The notes under the pieces are model-generated. The model saw only the letters and a list, made by a program, of their open reading frames with translations. It did not search any database and was not told where the DNA came from. The translations under genes and the position numbers were made by a program. A stretch of 64,000 bases of DNA. Source: Azolla caroliniana (lineage: Eukaryota; Plantae; Polypodiophyta). Position 1 is the first letter of the stretch. Each line of letters begins with the position of its first letter. The DNA is taken from positions 3,100,001 to 3,164,000 of the forward strand of contig JBHGNT010000021.1 in NCBI GenBank assembly GCA_043228905.1, in the 5' to 3' direction. This document shows, in pieces, positions 1 to 12,800 of this stretch.

Positions 1-7
1 GAACGGG

Positions 8-1489
8 ATGTCATTTGATAACTCCCAGATCTCACAGGAACATCATTTGGTACAGCCTTCTCATCCAAATTCTAGACTTCGAGTGGCTGAGGAGGCAATG
101 CCTCCTGTACTTGGCTCTCCAAGATCAACCGGTGTGGTCGTTAGTGGTAAATCATTAATATATCCAACATCTGCTAATTCGCCAGAGCTAAAGGTTTATG
201 TAAAGAAGTTTAATGGCAAATCAAGGAAGTCAAAAGGTAAAAACCACACTAATGACAAAGATAGATCGAGTACAATTCCAGCACCAAGTTTATGCAATAA
301 TTGTGGGCTTGACGGAAGTGAAGATTGGATTGTCTGCAAAAAGTGCAATGCAGGATTCCATGTTCATTGTGTTGATCCTGCTTTGAATGACATTCTTCCT
401 GATAATCAATGGTGTTGTCCTGAGTGTATCACAAAAAATGTTGTGGAGCATTCATCCGAATTGGGTCATGATAAAGAGGTTGTTTTTGAGGAAATCAGAC
501 AAGAATCATGTGTGCTAGATTCTGATGTAATCAATAAATCAGGCAGAACATTAAAGATATCAGGCAAACCACATGGAGGTGGTGCTTGTAAGAAAGTGGA
601 TAATAATGTGCTTCTGAGCAATGGTTGTGATACAGCTTATTGTATGGCTCGCATGAATACGTCTATTTTGAGCAAACCGGAGGAATTTCATAATTGTTCT
701 GTATATGATGATCGAATTTCCAACGACTCCATTTGCCCACTTTTAAAAGAGACCATCAAACATGCATCTTTTCATGAGGCTTCCATTGGACGTATCATGA
801 AGAAGACATTACTGAAGCATAGCAATATCAGGTCTCCAGACCATGGCATTGATCATGCATCTATCAAACCTCTTAATCATGGAGTTCCTGAGCATGCTGA
901 TGTTAATGTATCTATGGAGCATCTTAATCATGGGTCTCCAGAGCATGGCATTGAACATGGATCTATAGAGCGTCTTATGGAATGTGGAATTGAGACAGAT
1001 GATTTTGAGCGTCGATCACCAGATCCAAGTGTGGAAAATTTATCTCCTGACCATGCCTTTCTAATAGAAAACGAGAACGAGAACGAGAACGAGAATGAGA
1101 AGAATGAGAACGAGAATGAGAATGCATGTAAGATTTGTGGAGTTGAAAACAAGAGGCCTTGTGTTTCTTGTGCGGGATGTCCAAGACGCTATCATCTATC
1201 TTGCCTTCAGCCAACTCTAAAAAGAGTACCACGAAAGACTTGGTTTTGCCCCTCTTGTCTGTGCAGGGCATGCAAAATTGATGCAGATGATGACCAGATA
1301 CTCTTATGTGATGGGTGTGATGAGGGCTATCACACATATTGCCTCAACCCCCCACTTCCAGAGATACCTGAAGGCACATGGTTTTGTCCAACTTGTGCAG
1401 GGTCCAAAAATATTGCACTCAATTCACCTAGCAAATTCGAAGTGCTGAAAAGAAAGCGGAAAAGCACAGAGCCAAGAAGATCTATTTGA
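8..1489 (+). CDS. PHD-finger chromatin reader, EHD3-like (three PHD fingers); may be the last exon of a gene that begins upstream of the window
   Basis: 493-aa ORF with one C4HC3 PHD near the N-terminus (CNNC...CKKC...HVHC...WCCPEC). Two adjacent PHDs at the C-terminus (CKIC..CAGC..YHLSC..WFCPSC and CRAC..LLCDGCDEGYHTYC..WFCPTC) are followed by a basic NLS-like KRKRK. The frame is open back to the window edge, so the true start is uncertain. Confidence 0.85.
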   Translation: MSFDNSQISQEHHLVQPSHPNSRLRVAEEAMPPVLGSPRSTGVVVSGKSLIYPTSANSPELKVYVKKFNGKSRKSKGKNHTNDKDRSSTIPAPSLCNNCGLDGSEDWIVCKKCNAGFHVHCVDPALNDILPDNQWCCPECITKNVVEHSSELGHDKEVVFEEIRQESCVLDSDVINKSGRTLKISGKPHGGGACKKVDNNVLLSNGCDTAYCMARMNTSILSKPEEFHNCSVYDDRISNDSICPLLKETIKHASFHEASIGRIMKKTLLKHSNIRSPDHGIDHASIKPLNHGVPEHADVNVSMEHLNHGSPEHGIEHGSIERLMECGIETDDFERRSPDPSVENLSPDHAFLIENENENENENEKNENENENACKICGVENKRPCVSCAGCPRRYHLSCLQPTLKRVPRKTWFCPSCLCRACKIDADDDQILLCDGCDEGYHTYCLNPPLPEIPEGTWFCPTCAGSKNIALNSPSKFEVLKRKRKSTEPRRSI

Positions 1490-1558
1490 TGGGTGCATCT
1501 TTTTGTTGTTCCTAACAGTCTATTTGATGGGTGCATGGTTTTGTTGTTCCTAACGGTC
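1481..1558. repeat. 38-bp tandem duplication spanning the PHD gene stop codon
   Basis: TCTATTTGATGGGTGCAT..TTTTGTTGTTCCTAAC.GTC begins at 1481 and again at 1519. Confidence 0.85.
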
Positions 1559-2489
1559 ACTACATTTTCTTGTATATTTAGTTACAAACATGTATCTCAT
1601 CGGGTATTGTTATTGCTTAAAGAACAAAATGCAAATGTTGCACTAACATTAGAGTGAAGGCTTAGAATGCAAATGCATGTGACATGTAGTGAGCAAGCTC
1701 ATATGCTAGGCCACACCTGAGATGCATCACTGGCATATGGCTATACCCCAAGGATAAAAATGGATTCATATTAACTAGCTATTTTCATGTCTATGAAATG
1801 TGTTCAAATTGATGTCGTGTAACTAAGAAGACCACTTGAAGGTGACAGTAAACTAAAGGCTGAGGTTGATTCCTCTGTTCAATCATAATTGATTATTGTG
1901 GTTTGATGTAATATAGACATGCAAATTTGAATACGTATGTCTTCTGATATTCCTATGGAAAATGGCTAACTACAATATTGTTTATTAATCCCAACAAATT
2001 TAGGGACTGAGTTATGATTGCATACTGTTTTGTTCTTAGATTTAAATCTACGAGTACACTGTTACACAATGAGCACAAATGACTCTCTTATTGCAGGTGC
2101 AGGCTTGAGATCTCTTACCAAGAAGCTTCAAAATGATCCTTGTGTTTTTAAAAATAGAGAAGGAAGCTGCGTCAAATTTGTGCACAGCTCCTTCGTAGAT
2201 AAAACAAGATGCATTTTTTCTCAACCTATGGCTTCATTGAAACTGTTTTGCTCACATCTTTTTGAGTTAAGTGGAGATTGTCAACAAAGCTGTCTTATTT
2301 AATACCTTTGAATTGTCAAGTGTGACACTTGACATAGCGTGGCTAGCATGACAGCCATTTTTTTGGTGAAAATTTGCCAATATTCTAATGTCAATATCTT
2401 CTTTATTATCTTAGCTAGACGAATGTCAATCAACACAACAATAGGAATATGTGAAATTATAACAAAATAAGCAATTGTACATCATGGAA

Positions 2490-3160
2490 GTAAAACAAGA
2501 AAGGGGATGTGCCAATTCATTACAAATAGAGGTTTTGGTGACATCAAGATGGTTGAGGCAAGAAACCTTCAATTTAATTTGATGGCTAGATTAAGTTTAA
2601 TAATAGTGAAGGATAGTATGTTGGTGCCACAAAGAAGATTAATGGCCTTTTGAACAACCAGATCAACATTTCGTATTCTAAAAGGTTATACCTTTATTTG
2701 GGATAACTTGCAAGGATTATTATCATTGTATGAGCCAATGCTTGATTTAGATGGGGGATCTCATAAGGTTGATTGGACATTTATTGGAAATAAGAGATTG
2801 TCAATGATATCAACAAATGATGTTTATCACAACTTGATTGACAAACGTAAGTGGACGGAAGAAAGGGTTATAAAGATATGGGGTTTTCGTAAGCCCATTA
2901 CCTAGTGGTTTCATGTGACCAAGGTAGGTTGGTGTTCTCGTTTGATGTTGTGAGCTAAGGTATTCATTTGGAGAGTTATGGCTGGAGCTTCACCATTGGA
3001 AAGAGTAAGACTGTCTTCCTTCAGTTGGGTTTTTTGCATATAAGGAGAACAGTGAACTGATGCCTCATTTCCAAATTATTTGTGAGTTCTTGAGGTATCG
3101 TGGGCCATGGTTCAATTGGAATATGTAAGACGTCTTCACATTTGCTTCACACGTTGGGAT
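2490..3160 (+). mobile_element. Degenerate non-LTR retrotransposon (LINE ORF2 distal / zf-RVT-like) fragment
   Basis: The stop-interrupted frame reads ...KIWGFRKPIT*WF...W.S.L..*AKVFIWRVMAG, resembling the 'W...K.K.F.W' zf-RVT region. The peptide WDNLQGLLSLYEPMLDLDGG resembles MLKPLYESLRLGFDGG in the LINE relic near 47040-47110. Confidence 0.5.
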
Positions 3161-3383
3161 GAGAAAACTTAAAAAGGGCTAGGGAAGTCACGAAATCTCA
3201 ATAGCAAAGAAGAGGGACCTTTTGCAGCGTCACACATCATTAGATTCGACAATTGAATTGGTGTGAAGGGTGGCATTGAGTTTGCAGTCGTCGTCGTCGT
3301 CGTCGTAGTATGTAGTTCCCTAGAAGGGTTCTATACTTTTGTTGTAAGTTACTAGTCATGTTGGTGTTCTTTTTCCTTTCATA

Positions 3384-3714
3384 ATGAAAGCCAAAGAGAG
3401 AGAGAGAGAGAGATGACATACCACAACAACGCAATGTGGCGTGACACATGGTGTGATGACATGGTAGGACACGACACGACACGACATGATGACATGGCAG
3501 GACACGACACGACATGATGACATGGCAGGACACGACACGACATGAAAACCAGAGAGAGAGAGAGAGAGATGACATGCCACAACAACGCAATGCGGCATGA
3601 CACATGGTGTGATGACATGGCATGGCACGACACAACACGACATGATGACATGGCAGCATGACACGATGATGGCAGGACACGACATAATGACATGGCACGA
3701 CACGACACGACATG
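3384..3714. repeat. Compound repeat: two ~158-bp units, each (GA)n plus CACGA/CATGA pentamer arrays, just upstream of the ANKZF1 gene
   Basis: Units start at 3384 and 3542 (ATGAAARCCARAGAGAG...TGACATRCCACAACAACGCAATGYGGCRTGACACATGGTGTGATGACATGG) and are followed by GACACGACAC/GACATGATGA arrays. Confidence 0.85.
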
Positions 3715-3824
3715 ATTTTTGCAGGTGTAGACTTAATAACCTCAAAAAGTCTGATGAGTGAAGTGGAAGGAAGCCCATCATTTTATGAGGCTTCTCCTCC
3801 TCCTCCTCCTCCTCCTCCATCATC

Positions 3825-6800
3825 ATGTCCATGTCCATGTCCATGTCCTCTGACGCAGCAGCCATGGCTTCTTCTTCTTCTTCTTCCTCTGCAGTCCCAC
3901 CTTCGTCCTCCTCCTCTACCAGCAGACCAAAGTCCCTCCTCGACGCATCCATCTCCTTCTTTGACTCGGCAGCTCTCCTCCTCGACCATCACCCCTCGGC
4001 CGATGGAACCTCACGAAGAAGGTACCAGACTTCTTTGGCTTCGTCGTCTTCGTCTTCTTCTTCTGCTTCTCCTTCACAGTATCTTCCTCCGTGTGATCTT
4101 TCGCAGAACCAAACCCTGACCCGATGGTCTTGTAGCACTTGCCGCACAATGGATTTCTCCTCTCTCGATGATCAGAGGTCTCACTTCAAGTCTGATTTCC
4201 ATCGTTTGAATGTAAGTGTAGCTTCAAATCTTTATTTTATTTTCACTGTGGATTCTTTTTTGTTGCATTTTCACCGTGGATTTCTTGATTTCGTTTGCTG
4301 GAATGTAAACTGAGTTCAGATTTTATTCGACTTCTTTACTATAGATTACATTTGATTTCTGCAAGATTGTTTTCGTTATGATGTGTAATATGTGTAGATC
4401 TCTTGATTTCCACCATTTCAAAATTTTATTCAACTTTTTTTTTTCATCACTTTTTTTCATTGTGATGTGTAATTGAACATTTTCCACAAATTTTGCTCAG
4501 TTTCCTTCAGTTGAATGTTAGTCAGTTACTATTTGTATTCATCGTGATATTTGATTGGATGAGTTTCACTATAGATTTCTTAATTTTCCTTATTTGTTTG
4601 TAAAATTCAGTGTTTTTCTTTATTTCAAGCATTTTCATCCTATATTGCTTCAAGTTTGTTGTCAGTAGAGTTTTGATTTTGTTTTTGATAGGACATTTTC
4701 ACTCTACAGCACATATTTTTCTTCCTTCTTTCTTCTTTCAGGTAAAACGCAAGTTTTCTGGGAAGGAAGCTGTTTCTGAAGAGGAGTTTGAGATGCTTGT
4801 AGAGGGACAATATCAGAGAGATGATGACATCTCCAGCATCTCTGGTTCTGAGGACGAGGAAAGTAATAGCAGTGAAGATGAGAATGTGCAAACGGTTGCC
4901 AAACCTTCGCCTCCACGAAAACACAATCAAATTTTCTTGTCATTAAAAAACTCAGATGAAATAGCTTCTTTGTGGAAGTGTGTCATTTTACGAGAAAATG
5001 AAAAGTTATGCAAAGATCATCAGGTTGAGCCAAACAGTGAAGGTGGGGGTCTGGTTACAGGGGATGAAATATTGCAAAGGTTGAAGAGATTTGCATCTGG
5101 TAGGGGTTGCGCAGAAAAACATTTGTGGGTTGTCTTGCTGTCAACGGGTGGGCACTTTGCAGGGTCTGTATTTGATGCAAGAAATGGTTCAATTCTAGCA
5201 CATAAAACACATCACAGGTGAGTAATCATGCAATATGAACATTGTTAATGATTGAAATATGGGCTCTTGAACAGTGTTCAGAATTTTCAGTGAGCAATTT
5301 CCATTTTGGCTAAAAAATAGAATTATTATGTAGGGTTTAACTATTGCTCAAACTTGAGAACTATACATAATCACCATCCATGCTCTTATGTACCATAGAA
5401 ACATTGTAATCACAATTCTTTTTTATCTTAGCTGTGGAATTTATAAGTTTAATTACGAATTTATGCTAATTAACACAATGACACGAATATGTTAAAGTTT
5501 TAGTTTACTCACCAAATTCACGAGCATCCAAACAAGGAGGGGTATCCACACAAATTGCATTGCTATCATAGAATGCATGATTACTTGTATCTTGATTTGA
5601 CATTGGAAAAAGAAGACATTGAAGCTTTTACAGGTTTTCAGGTATGTTGTGCGTGCTAAAGCTGGTGGAAGACAATCAACCAGAGACGCAACTGGTAGAG
5701 CTCCCAAATCTGCAGGTGCCTCTCTCCGCCGCCACAATGAAGCAGCTCTACAAAGGGTAAATCTATCATTTTCTTTCATCATAACCATATAATTTGTAAA
5801 CGCATGATTATTTTCATGGATCAAGTAGGATTTTGCAGTCCTATCATGAAGACATCAGGTGACACAGATTTCTTTTGGTTTACATCCGTAGTTCCTGTTT
5901 CACTGAAAATCACTTTTAGATTTGAAACTAATAATTCGCTGTTTAGGAGTGGATTTGAACCACTGACCCAAGGATTTTCAGTCCTTTGCTCTAACCAACT
6001 GAGGTACCTAAACCATGAGAGGAGTCACTACCAACTATTACTGCGTTGTCATTGCCCTCTTTGGTCAGAGAAGTAGCCAATTTCTTTTGCATCTCTTAGT
6101 GATTGCAGATCGTATGAAGGTCTGTAATGATATCACGTGGCTTCCATGCCCAGGAAAATATGTACATATGCACATTAAACCTATGAACATTTAAATGTTC
6201 TATTCAAGTCTCTCCTGCAAGATTATGGACCCTGCCCCTGGCCTTACTGAAGAAAAAATCTTCTTTTATGGAAATGAACAGCAAGGGTTTGGTTCTATAT
6301 GTGCGTCATGGAACTGAGTTCTTTGTATGCAGGAAATAAGAGATCTCTTAATCTCTTGGAACAGCTACCTTGAAGTAGCTTCTCGTATATTTTTACATGC
6401 TCCTTCCAGAAATAGTCGAGCCTTTTTTGGTGGTGATGGTGGACCTCTAAAACAGAATGACGAGCGAATTTGCAGCGTTCCTGTCACAACACGTCGTCCC
6501 ACTTTCAAGGAAACGAAACGTATTTTTTATGAATTGACAAGCATTTGTTATGAAAAACATGACTGCATAAAGATGGATGCTGTTATTGTAAGTGATATGA
6601 ATCCTTTGATGGGATCATCTGCAAATAAAGAAATTGATGGAATCGATAAAGATGATAACTTGATTCAAGTTTCTCCTCCTTACATTGAAACTTTGTCAAA
6701 TGAGTCAAGTCACGGGAAAAATATTGTAACGGCCGATACAAAAATGCCGGGTACATCAACCCCACTTCATGTTGCCGCTCAGATGGGAGATGTGCATTTG

Positions 6801-9800
6801 GTTTTGGAATTATTGGAGAATGCTTCCAATCCATGTGTAAGAGATGAGCGAGGACGAACACCTTACAGTGTTGCTGTTGATAAAGAGACGAGAAACATAT
6901 TTCGCAAATTCATGGCTCAACACATGGATATGTGGGATTGGCATGCAGCAAATGTACCAAGTGCTCTGACAGAAGAAATGGAAGCAGCACAAGCAGCAAA
7001 ACAGGTATGGTTTAGTGATTTGTGGCTTATTTTTATTTTAACGTGAATACTTGCATGCATACCACATACGTTGCACATTGTATGTTAAACTTTTATTTAA
7101 AGTGAATTCTTACATGCATACGACATAAGATGCACATTACGTACTAAACTAAGTTCAATTATTCTATAGGCAACCAATTCCATCAAAATAGCATAACTTG
7201 CTAATTGGAATGGATTCTTATATGTATTTGGAAAGTTCACCCTAGAATGTGATTTTTAATCATGGTCATATGTGTGTTCAAATTCTAGAATGGACACAGT
7301 TGAAGAAAAGGTTAATATCTAGTATCATGAAGATGTGAAGGTAACTTCTCTTTTGCAAATGCTGTAATGTTTCTGCTGATCATAAAGCCTTGTCTTGCAT
7401 ACAAAAGTTTTTTTTCTTTTGCTGATGATTAAAGCTTTAGGTGAAAAGATTCATCTCTAGAGAAATTGGAATATCTGATGCCCTGATCCTTGTTCCAAGA
7501 TTCCGTGACATCTTCCTGTGGGTTTCCTGTTTCAGCCCACACAGTCGGTACATGTAATGCTCAAGTTTTCATTTTGGCTTCTTCGAATGTTGCATTCATC
7601 TATCCCAGCTTATCCACGGGTGCTGTGTTTTGCTTTTATAACTAAATCTATCCAGGAACATTTCCACATTTCTTTTTGAGCTTGCTGAGCTTGAGCTTTG
7701 GCATCTATAGCTCCTGCCTATGATTGCATTTCCTTTTCTTCATTGTCTTTTACCATGAAGATGCAATGATAACAAAAAACTTGGGTTTAAATGTTATTGC
7801 TTCTTTATATAGTACGTCCTATTGATTTAAAATCAAGGAACTAAACAGGGAGCTATCAGCTTTAATTAGTGATGTGCCTCTTATTAATCTATACAACGAG
7901 ATTTATGGTAATTAATCCATGTAATTAGATTTACATAGATCAAATTTCACATGTAGCACTGCTATGTAGTTTTCCTACACTAATGTCATGGTTATTTTTA
8001 CATGTTTTTGTTTTTGTTATATTCCTAATTTTAAGCTTATGTTTCTGGCAATATTTTTAAGAGGACAACTGTTTTAACTTCTGGTAGGCGGAAAAGGAGG
8101 CAAAACGGAAATCTAAGGCTAAGGAACTGAAGAAACTTAGGAAGGAAAAGCAGAGATCTCAGGTATGCTTTCATCTAGATTTGCTTTTTAAGTATCTTCA
8201 TTTAAGGCACTTCTATGGATCCTTCTATGTCAAATAAGTATTTCTGCCATGATTTAATCATTGAAAGAAAAAAATCAAAACAGAACTGCATCAAAGAACT
8301 AAAATAAAATATTAAACGGATGCAGTGGAATGACCAAAGGTTCCCCATCGATCTGGAAGATTGATTGTATTTTCTGCTGTTTCAATATTTAAAATAGGGA
8401 TGTTATCTTGGGTAAACCATATTTATTACACAATTCAAACAGATCACAATCAGGTTTATTTGTTCCTTGTCTTTCACGTCTCAGCTGGATACATCATACC
8501 ATATGAATAACATGCCCCATCATTCTCTTTTGTAGTCTTTGAATGATAATAAATCCTTTTTGTTACAGGTGCAGGAACTAGCAACAGCCACATCCAAAGT
8601 TGTAATCAGTCAAAAGAAAACATTGGCACAGGAATTCGTAAAGCTAAAGCAAAACGTACCTCCTTCAGCATTTGATGATGTAAGTACACTTTGTTGTAAA
8701 AAGAGCCCGTTAATCAATTGCGGTATTGTTTATTTAACACAAATAGGCTTCATAATGTGAAGTACTGATTAATACTCTTGGGGGATAAACGTACACTATC
8801 CTCCTTGCTCATTTGATGTTTATACACCAACGAAAAATCCATTATGCCTATTAAAAGTACTGACTACTACAAAAGAGAACATACCCAAAAATACAGAAAC
8901 ATCAATTCCCATAAAGTAGAAAGTACATAAGTCTGACAAGATTTATGACAAGAACACTCTATGACAGAAGATCAGTGTCATGCTTCAAGCTGCCTTTTTC
9001 TATATTTTGTTTCTAGAGGTTTCAATGTGATTCCAACTATGAAAATCAAGGGTGCTTTACTAAACCACAAAGAGGAGGTAAATATAATAGACTGCAATAC
9101 ATAATTATATCTGGAAGATTTACAAGAGCCCAAGGATCAAGGCACTAAATATGCATGATGGATCTAAGTGAGCCTAAATGTAAGCTTATCGGGCTTGAGA
9201 GCTGCTCAATTTGAACATGGTAGCTATAGCATATTGATAGACACTATTGTTTAAAGTGACCAGCTCACAAAGAAATTCTGATAGTTCTCGAATTTAAGCA
9301 TGTTTAATCTCTATCTCCTGAAATAAGTAAGGCCCAAGTTATCACTATAAATACTCTAGTGTTGGCTGCCATAGTGTAAGCTCTAGCCAGGCTATGTCTT
9401 TTCCTGGCATGTGCTTGTAAAAGTAATATTCATTTCTTTTAATAGAAAATTCCTTGGAGAAGGCATACCAAAATGCTTTCTTTCCTCCACGTTCACTTGT
9501 CCATATGAAACTGTTACCTATGATCAGTATTAATTTGCTATATAGCTAATTTTCTCCTCCCCTCTTGTACACTGCTGTTAATTACAAGTTATGTTTGGGG
9601 TGAATGAAACTTTAAATTTCTCCTTGAAATTAATGTCAATAGTATGCTTGCAGGCTGCACAACGAGCAAAAGAACGAGAAATGCGTGCAGCTGCAGCTGA
9701 GAAAAGAATATCGGCAGTTTCAAGTGTATTAGAATCGAGCTCTAGGAACATCACCAGTTCTTTGAATACATCTTCTTCCAGGTCTTGTTCTTTCTGTGGA

Positions 9801-9899
9801 ATGTCTCTGCTCAATATGACTCCGTTCTATCGGTTTTCTTATCAGTATTGCAGTACAAGATGTGTAAATGCCCATAGGTTAGTTCTAGAGAGCTCATAA
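3825..9899 (+). CDS. ANKZF1: ANKZF1/Vms1 homologue (zinc finger, VLRF1 peptidyl-tRNA release/tRNA-cleavage domain, ankyrin repeats, coiled coil, C-terminal treble-clef zinc finger); 7 exons
   Basis: Exons ~3825-4211, 4742-5217, 5642-5756, 6333-7004, 8088-8162, 8569-8679 and 9654-9899 join in frame at GT-AG sites. Motifs: WSCSTC...QRSHFKSDFHRLN; GGHFAG...HKTHHRYVVRAKAGGRQS...KSAGASLRRHNE; TPLHVAA ankyrin; CSFCG...YQYCSTRCVNAH. The start Met is ambiguous (MSMSMSMS..AAAMA). Confidence 0.92.
5940..6013 (-). tRNA. trnF: tRNA-Phe(GAA), plant-mitochondrial type; probable NUMT or pseudogene in intron 3 of the ANKZF1 gene
   Basis: Minus strand reads GTTTAGG TA CCTC AGTTGGTTA GAGC A AAGGA CT GAA AA TCCTT GGGTC AGTGG TTCAAAT CCACT CCTAAAC A. 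Acceptor (7 bp), anticodon (5 bp) and T (5 bp) stems pair perfectly; the D-stem has one C10:C25 mismatch. Confidence 0.88.
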
Positions 9900-12800
9900 T
9901 GACGCTCTGGATGGTTGGTCATCTGTCGCAGAAAGTACAGATGGATTAGTTTAATAGTCGTTACAAACAATTGTTATCCTACATTGTTATATTTGTTTGA
10001 GAGTGTGGGCTAATTATTGAAATCGGCATGGCATGATTATTGAAGGCCATCTGTCCAGCTTTAAGGTTCAAATCAAATCAAAGAACAAATTTTTGCCTGA
10101 AAAGTCATGAATGTTTAAGAGGTTCTTATGAACTGAACATTCTCAGAGCATTGAAGTAAATAAAGTAATTGCTTTTTTGATCCAAAGCAGAGACAGCTTT
10201 CTCATTATATTTAAGAGGGTCTAAGATATGATCATACACACTTTTTGTTTTCTGAACAATGAGGTAAGCATATCTCTAAGCTGTGATGATTAAGTCAACG
10301 TTTTGTTTGAAACTATTTCTCTTTTAGCAGGGTCAGAATGCAAAGGCAAATTTTAATCAGAAGGCTATGAAATATTGGAATATTATGATCTAGAGTTTCA
10401 TAAGACCAGATTTAATACAGATGGAAGTTCTCTGGCATCATTCGATTGCATATTAGTACTTGAGCTAAGTTCTATGCATTTCTATCCTATAATTTGCTTG
10501 GAAAGGAAATCAAGTTTGTGATACCATTTACATGGTTAAATTGGATACATATTCTATTGTTTGTCTTAGATGAGGTTAGAAAATAAGTAACATACCATGT
10601 AATGGTTATTGCTAAAAGACCATACTTGGTAGGAGAATAGTTTGAGAATGAGATATATATAGAGTATGAAATATTCGAGATGCTTTTTGTTTAGGAACAT
10701 TGGTATGGAGAGGAGACAATAATATTATTGTCTCATGAAACCTCTATTATTAACTCAAAAGATTGTATAAGTGCTCTATTTAATGGCGCAAACATATACA
10801 CTTCAAATTTACTTCGTCAAATCTAGTAGAAAGTGTAAGCGTGCAAATTGTCATGTTATATGACGAAGTTAATTTTGTAGTGGAAGGTTTTGTAAAGGCT
10901 TTTGTGCAATGGTTAGTTGTGTTGGAACTCCAAGACATTCACTTACAAAGTTAAGCCTCATAGCTCCATCTCAATGAAATTCAATGCTCAAAACCATAAA
11001 CACTAATGTTGAATTGGCACATAAAAGTGAAAGGAGAAAACCTTTGGCAATGCTGAAAAGGAAGAGTTGTGGGTTGTAATCGAGTAACTTATAATTAAAC
11101 TCTATATTGCTACAAATAGGGAAGAACATTGTAATCCAATTTATATAATTTTAATATGGTATGTATCTTGGAGTGTTGCTATTATGGCATATGTAGTTTA
11201 TGCCTAAATATATTTATGGTAAAACCTCGGTGCTCATTTGGAGTTAAATTATTCTTGGTAATAATCAATATAAATACACATTTGCAATGGTTACTTTAGA
11301 TCATATTTCATTTGCGTGTGTGTGAAATATGGTTGGTTTTCTAATATACTGTGAAGACTTTAGATAAAAAATGTCATTGAATATCATAATAAATGAATTT
11401 AGTTGAAGAGAAGGCAAGCTAAAAAGTGATATTTGTTCCATTACAACCTGAAAGTAATTTGTTCCCTTAGATTATTCAGTAAACAAACAATGAGCCACTT
11501 TATATGTACGTTACTTGGATTGTGGTTTCAAAACATCAGCCCATGATTTCAATATCATGATTAAAATATTAATGTATGCAAAGATCATGAACAAAAGTTC
11601 GCCATGAGATAACATTGAACCATTAAAGCATACAAGTCATTTTATTAGTTTGCCAACTACTATAGGTTGAAAAAGAGAACATGTACATATACTTGGTCTA
11701 AGCACAAACCAATCACTTTTGTTTGTAACAGAAATGAATTCTTTATGTGATTATTCAAAATTTTCATGTGTTAATTTGTATGATTTAGCATTGCAATATT
11801 CAAACAACATATAACTTTGCAATATAACAACCTTGTGCGTGCGTAAAAGTACAACTATCATGTGCAAAGTTTATTATTCTATAAGAAACATGCTTGGAGA
11901 GGCATTTTACTACATTGATCCAATATATGAGGTTAGCACATGTAATCTATCCCCCAAACTTCTAGTTGGATAATTAGGCTCATAGAGACCCCTTACATTT
12001 GGATACATCTAAGAGTTTGGTTTGATAATTAGGTTTGAATTGACCCCATACTTTTGCAAACATCTAAAAATCTCATGATGGTGTTGCTTGTGGATAAACA
12101 CTAAGCATGGTAATCATGAGTCAAAATATTGCTGAAATGTCGACGTGAAAGGAATCAAAACAATTGTGCATAAGTATTTGAAGTGTTTTTGTTTATGATG
12201 ATGATGATAATACATAAGTCAGTTTTAAGTGTCAATGCTCAATTGAGTTTTTCCGTGTTTTATGATGAATATTCAAGGTTCAAATCTTTATTCAACAAAG
12301 TAGAGCAAATAGTCTTCTTGATATTCCCATTATTTGGTACTAGTGTCCTGAATCATTCGACATGCCACTAGGGTCATGTCTCTATTGTGACTATATGTCT
12401 TTATGTCACTTTGTGTGGACAACCATGCCCTTTAAATTATCCCCCCTCCTCCCCCAATTCTCCAAAGAGAAAGAGGGAGCATATCCATGTACGAAAAATC
12501 ATATGTTTAGATCTCAAGGAAATATCACTTTCACACTTTGGTGACCACAGAAATGCTTCTCTATAGGGTAAAATTATGGGGTGTGTAGCATATCTAAACC
12601 CACGCAAAAAAAGTTTGGAAATGTCTAAATCTATTTTTGTTTGAAGTTTCATCCTGTCAAGATGCAAAAGCCACAATTGTTAGAAAAAATGTGTGTGGGT
12701 CAATTGTGTTTAACCTACTTAGTAAATATTGAGAATCGACTAGATGTATGTGACAATGTAGACTTTTTGTTACATATGAGAGTAGCTTACAATGGTAGTC

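Noticed and set aside
3240-3952. Three overlapping Cys/His-rich minus-strand ORFs resembling metallothionein or keratin-associated proteins
   Set aside because: They are artefacts of the CACGA/CATGA repeat, which is stop-free in all three frames, and of the antisense of the low-complexity ANKZF1 5' end.
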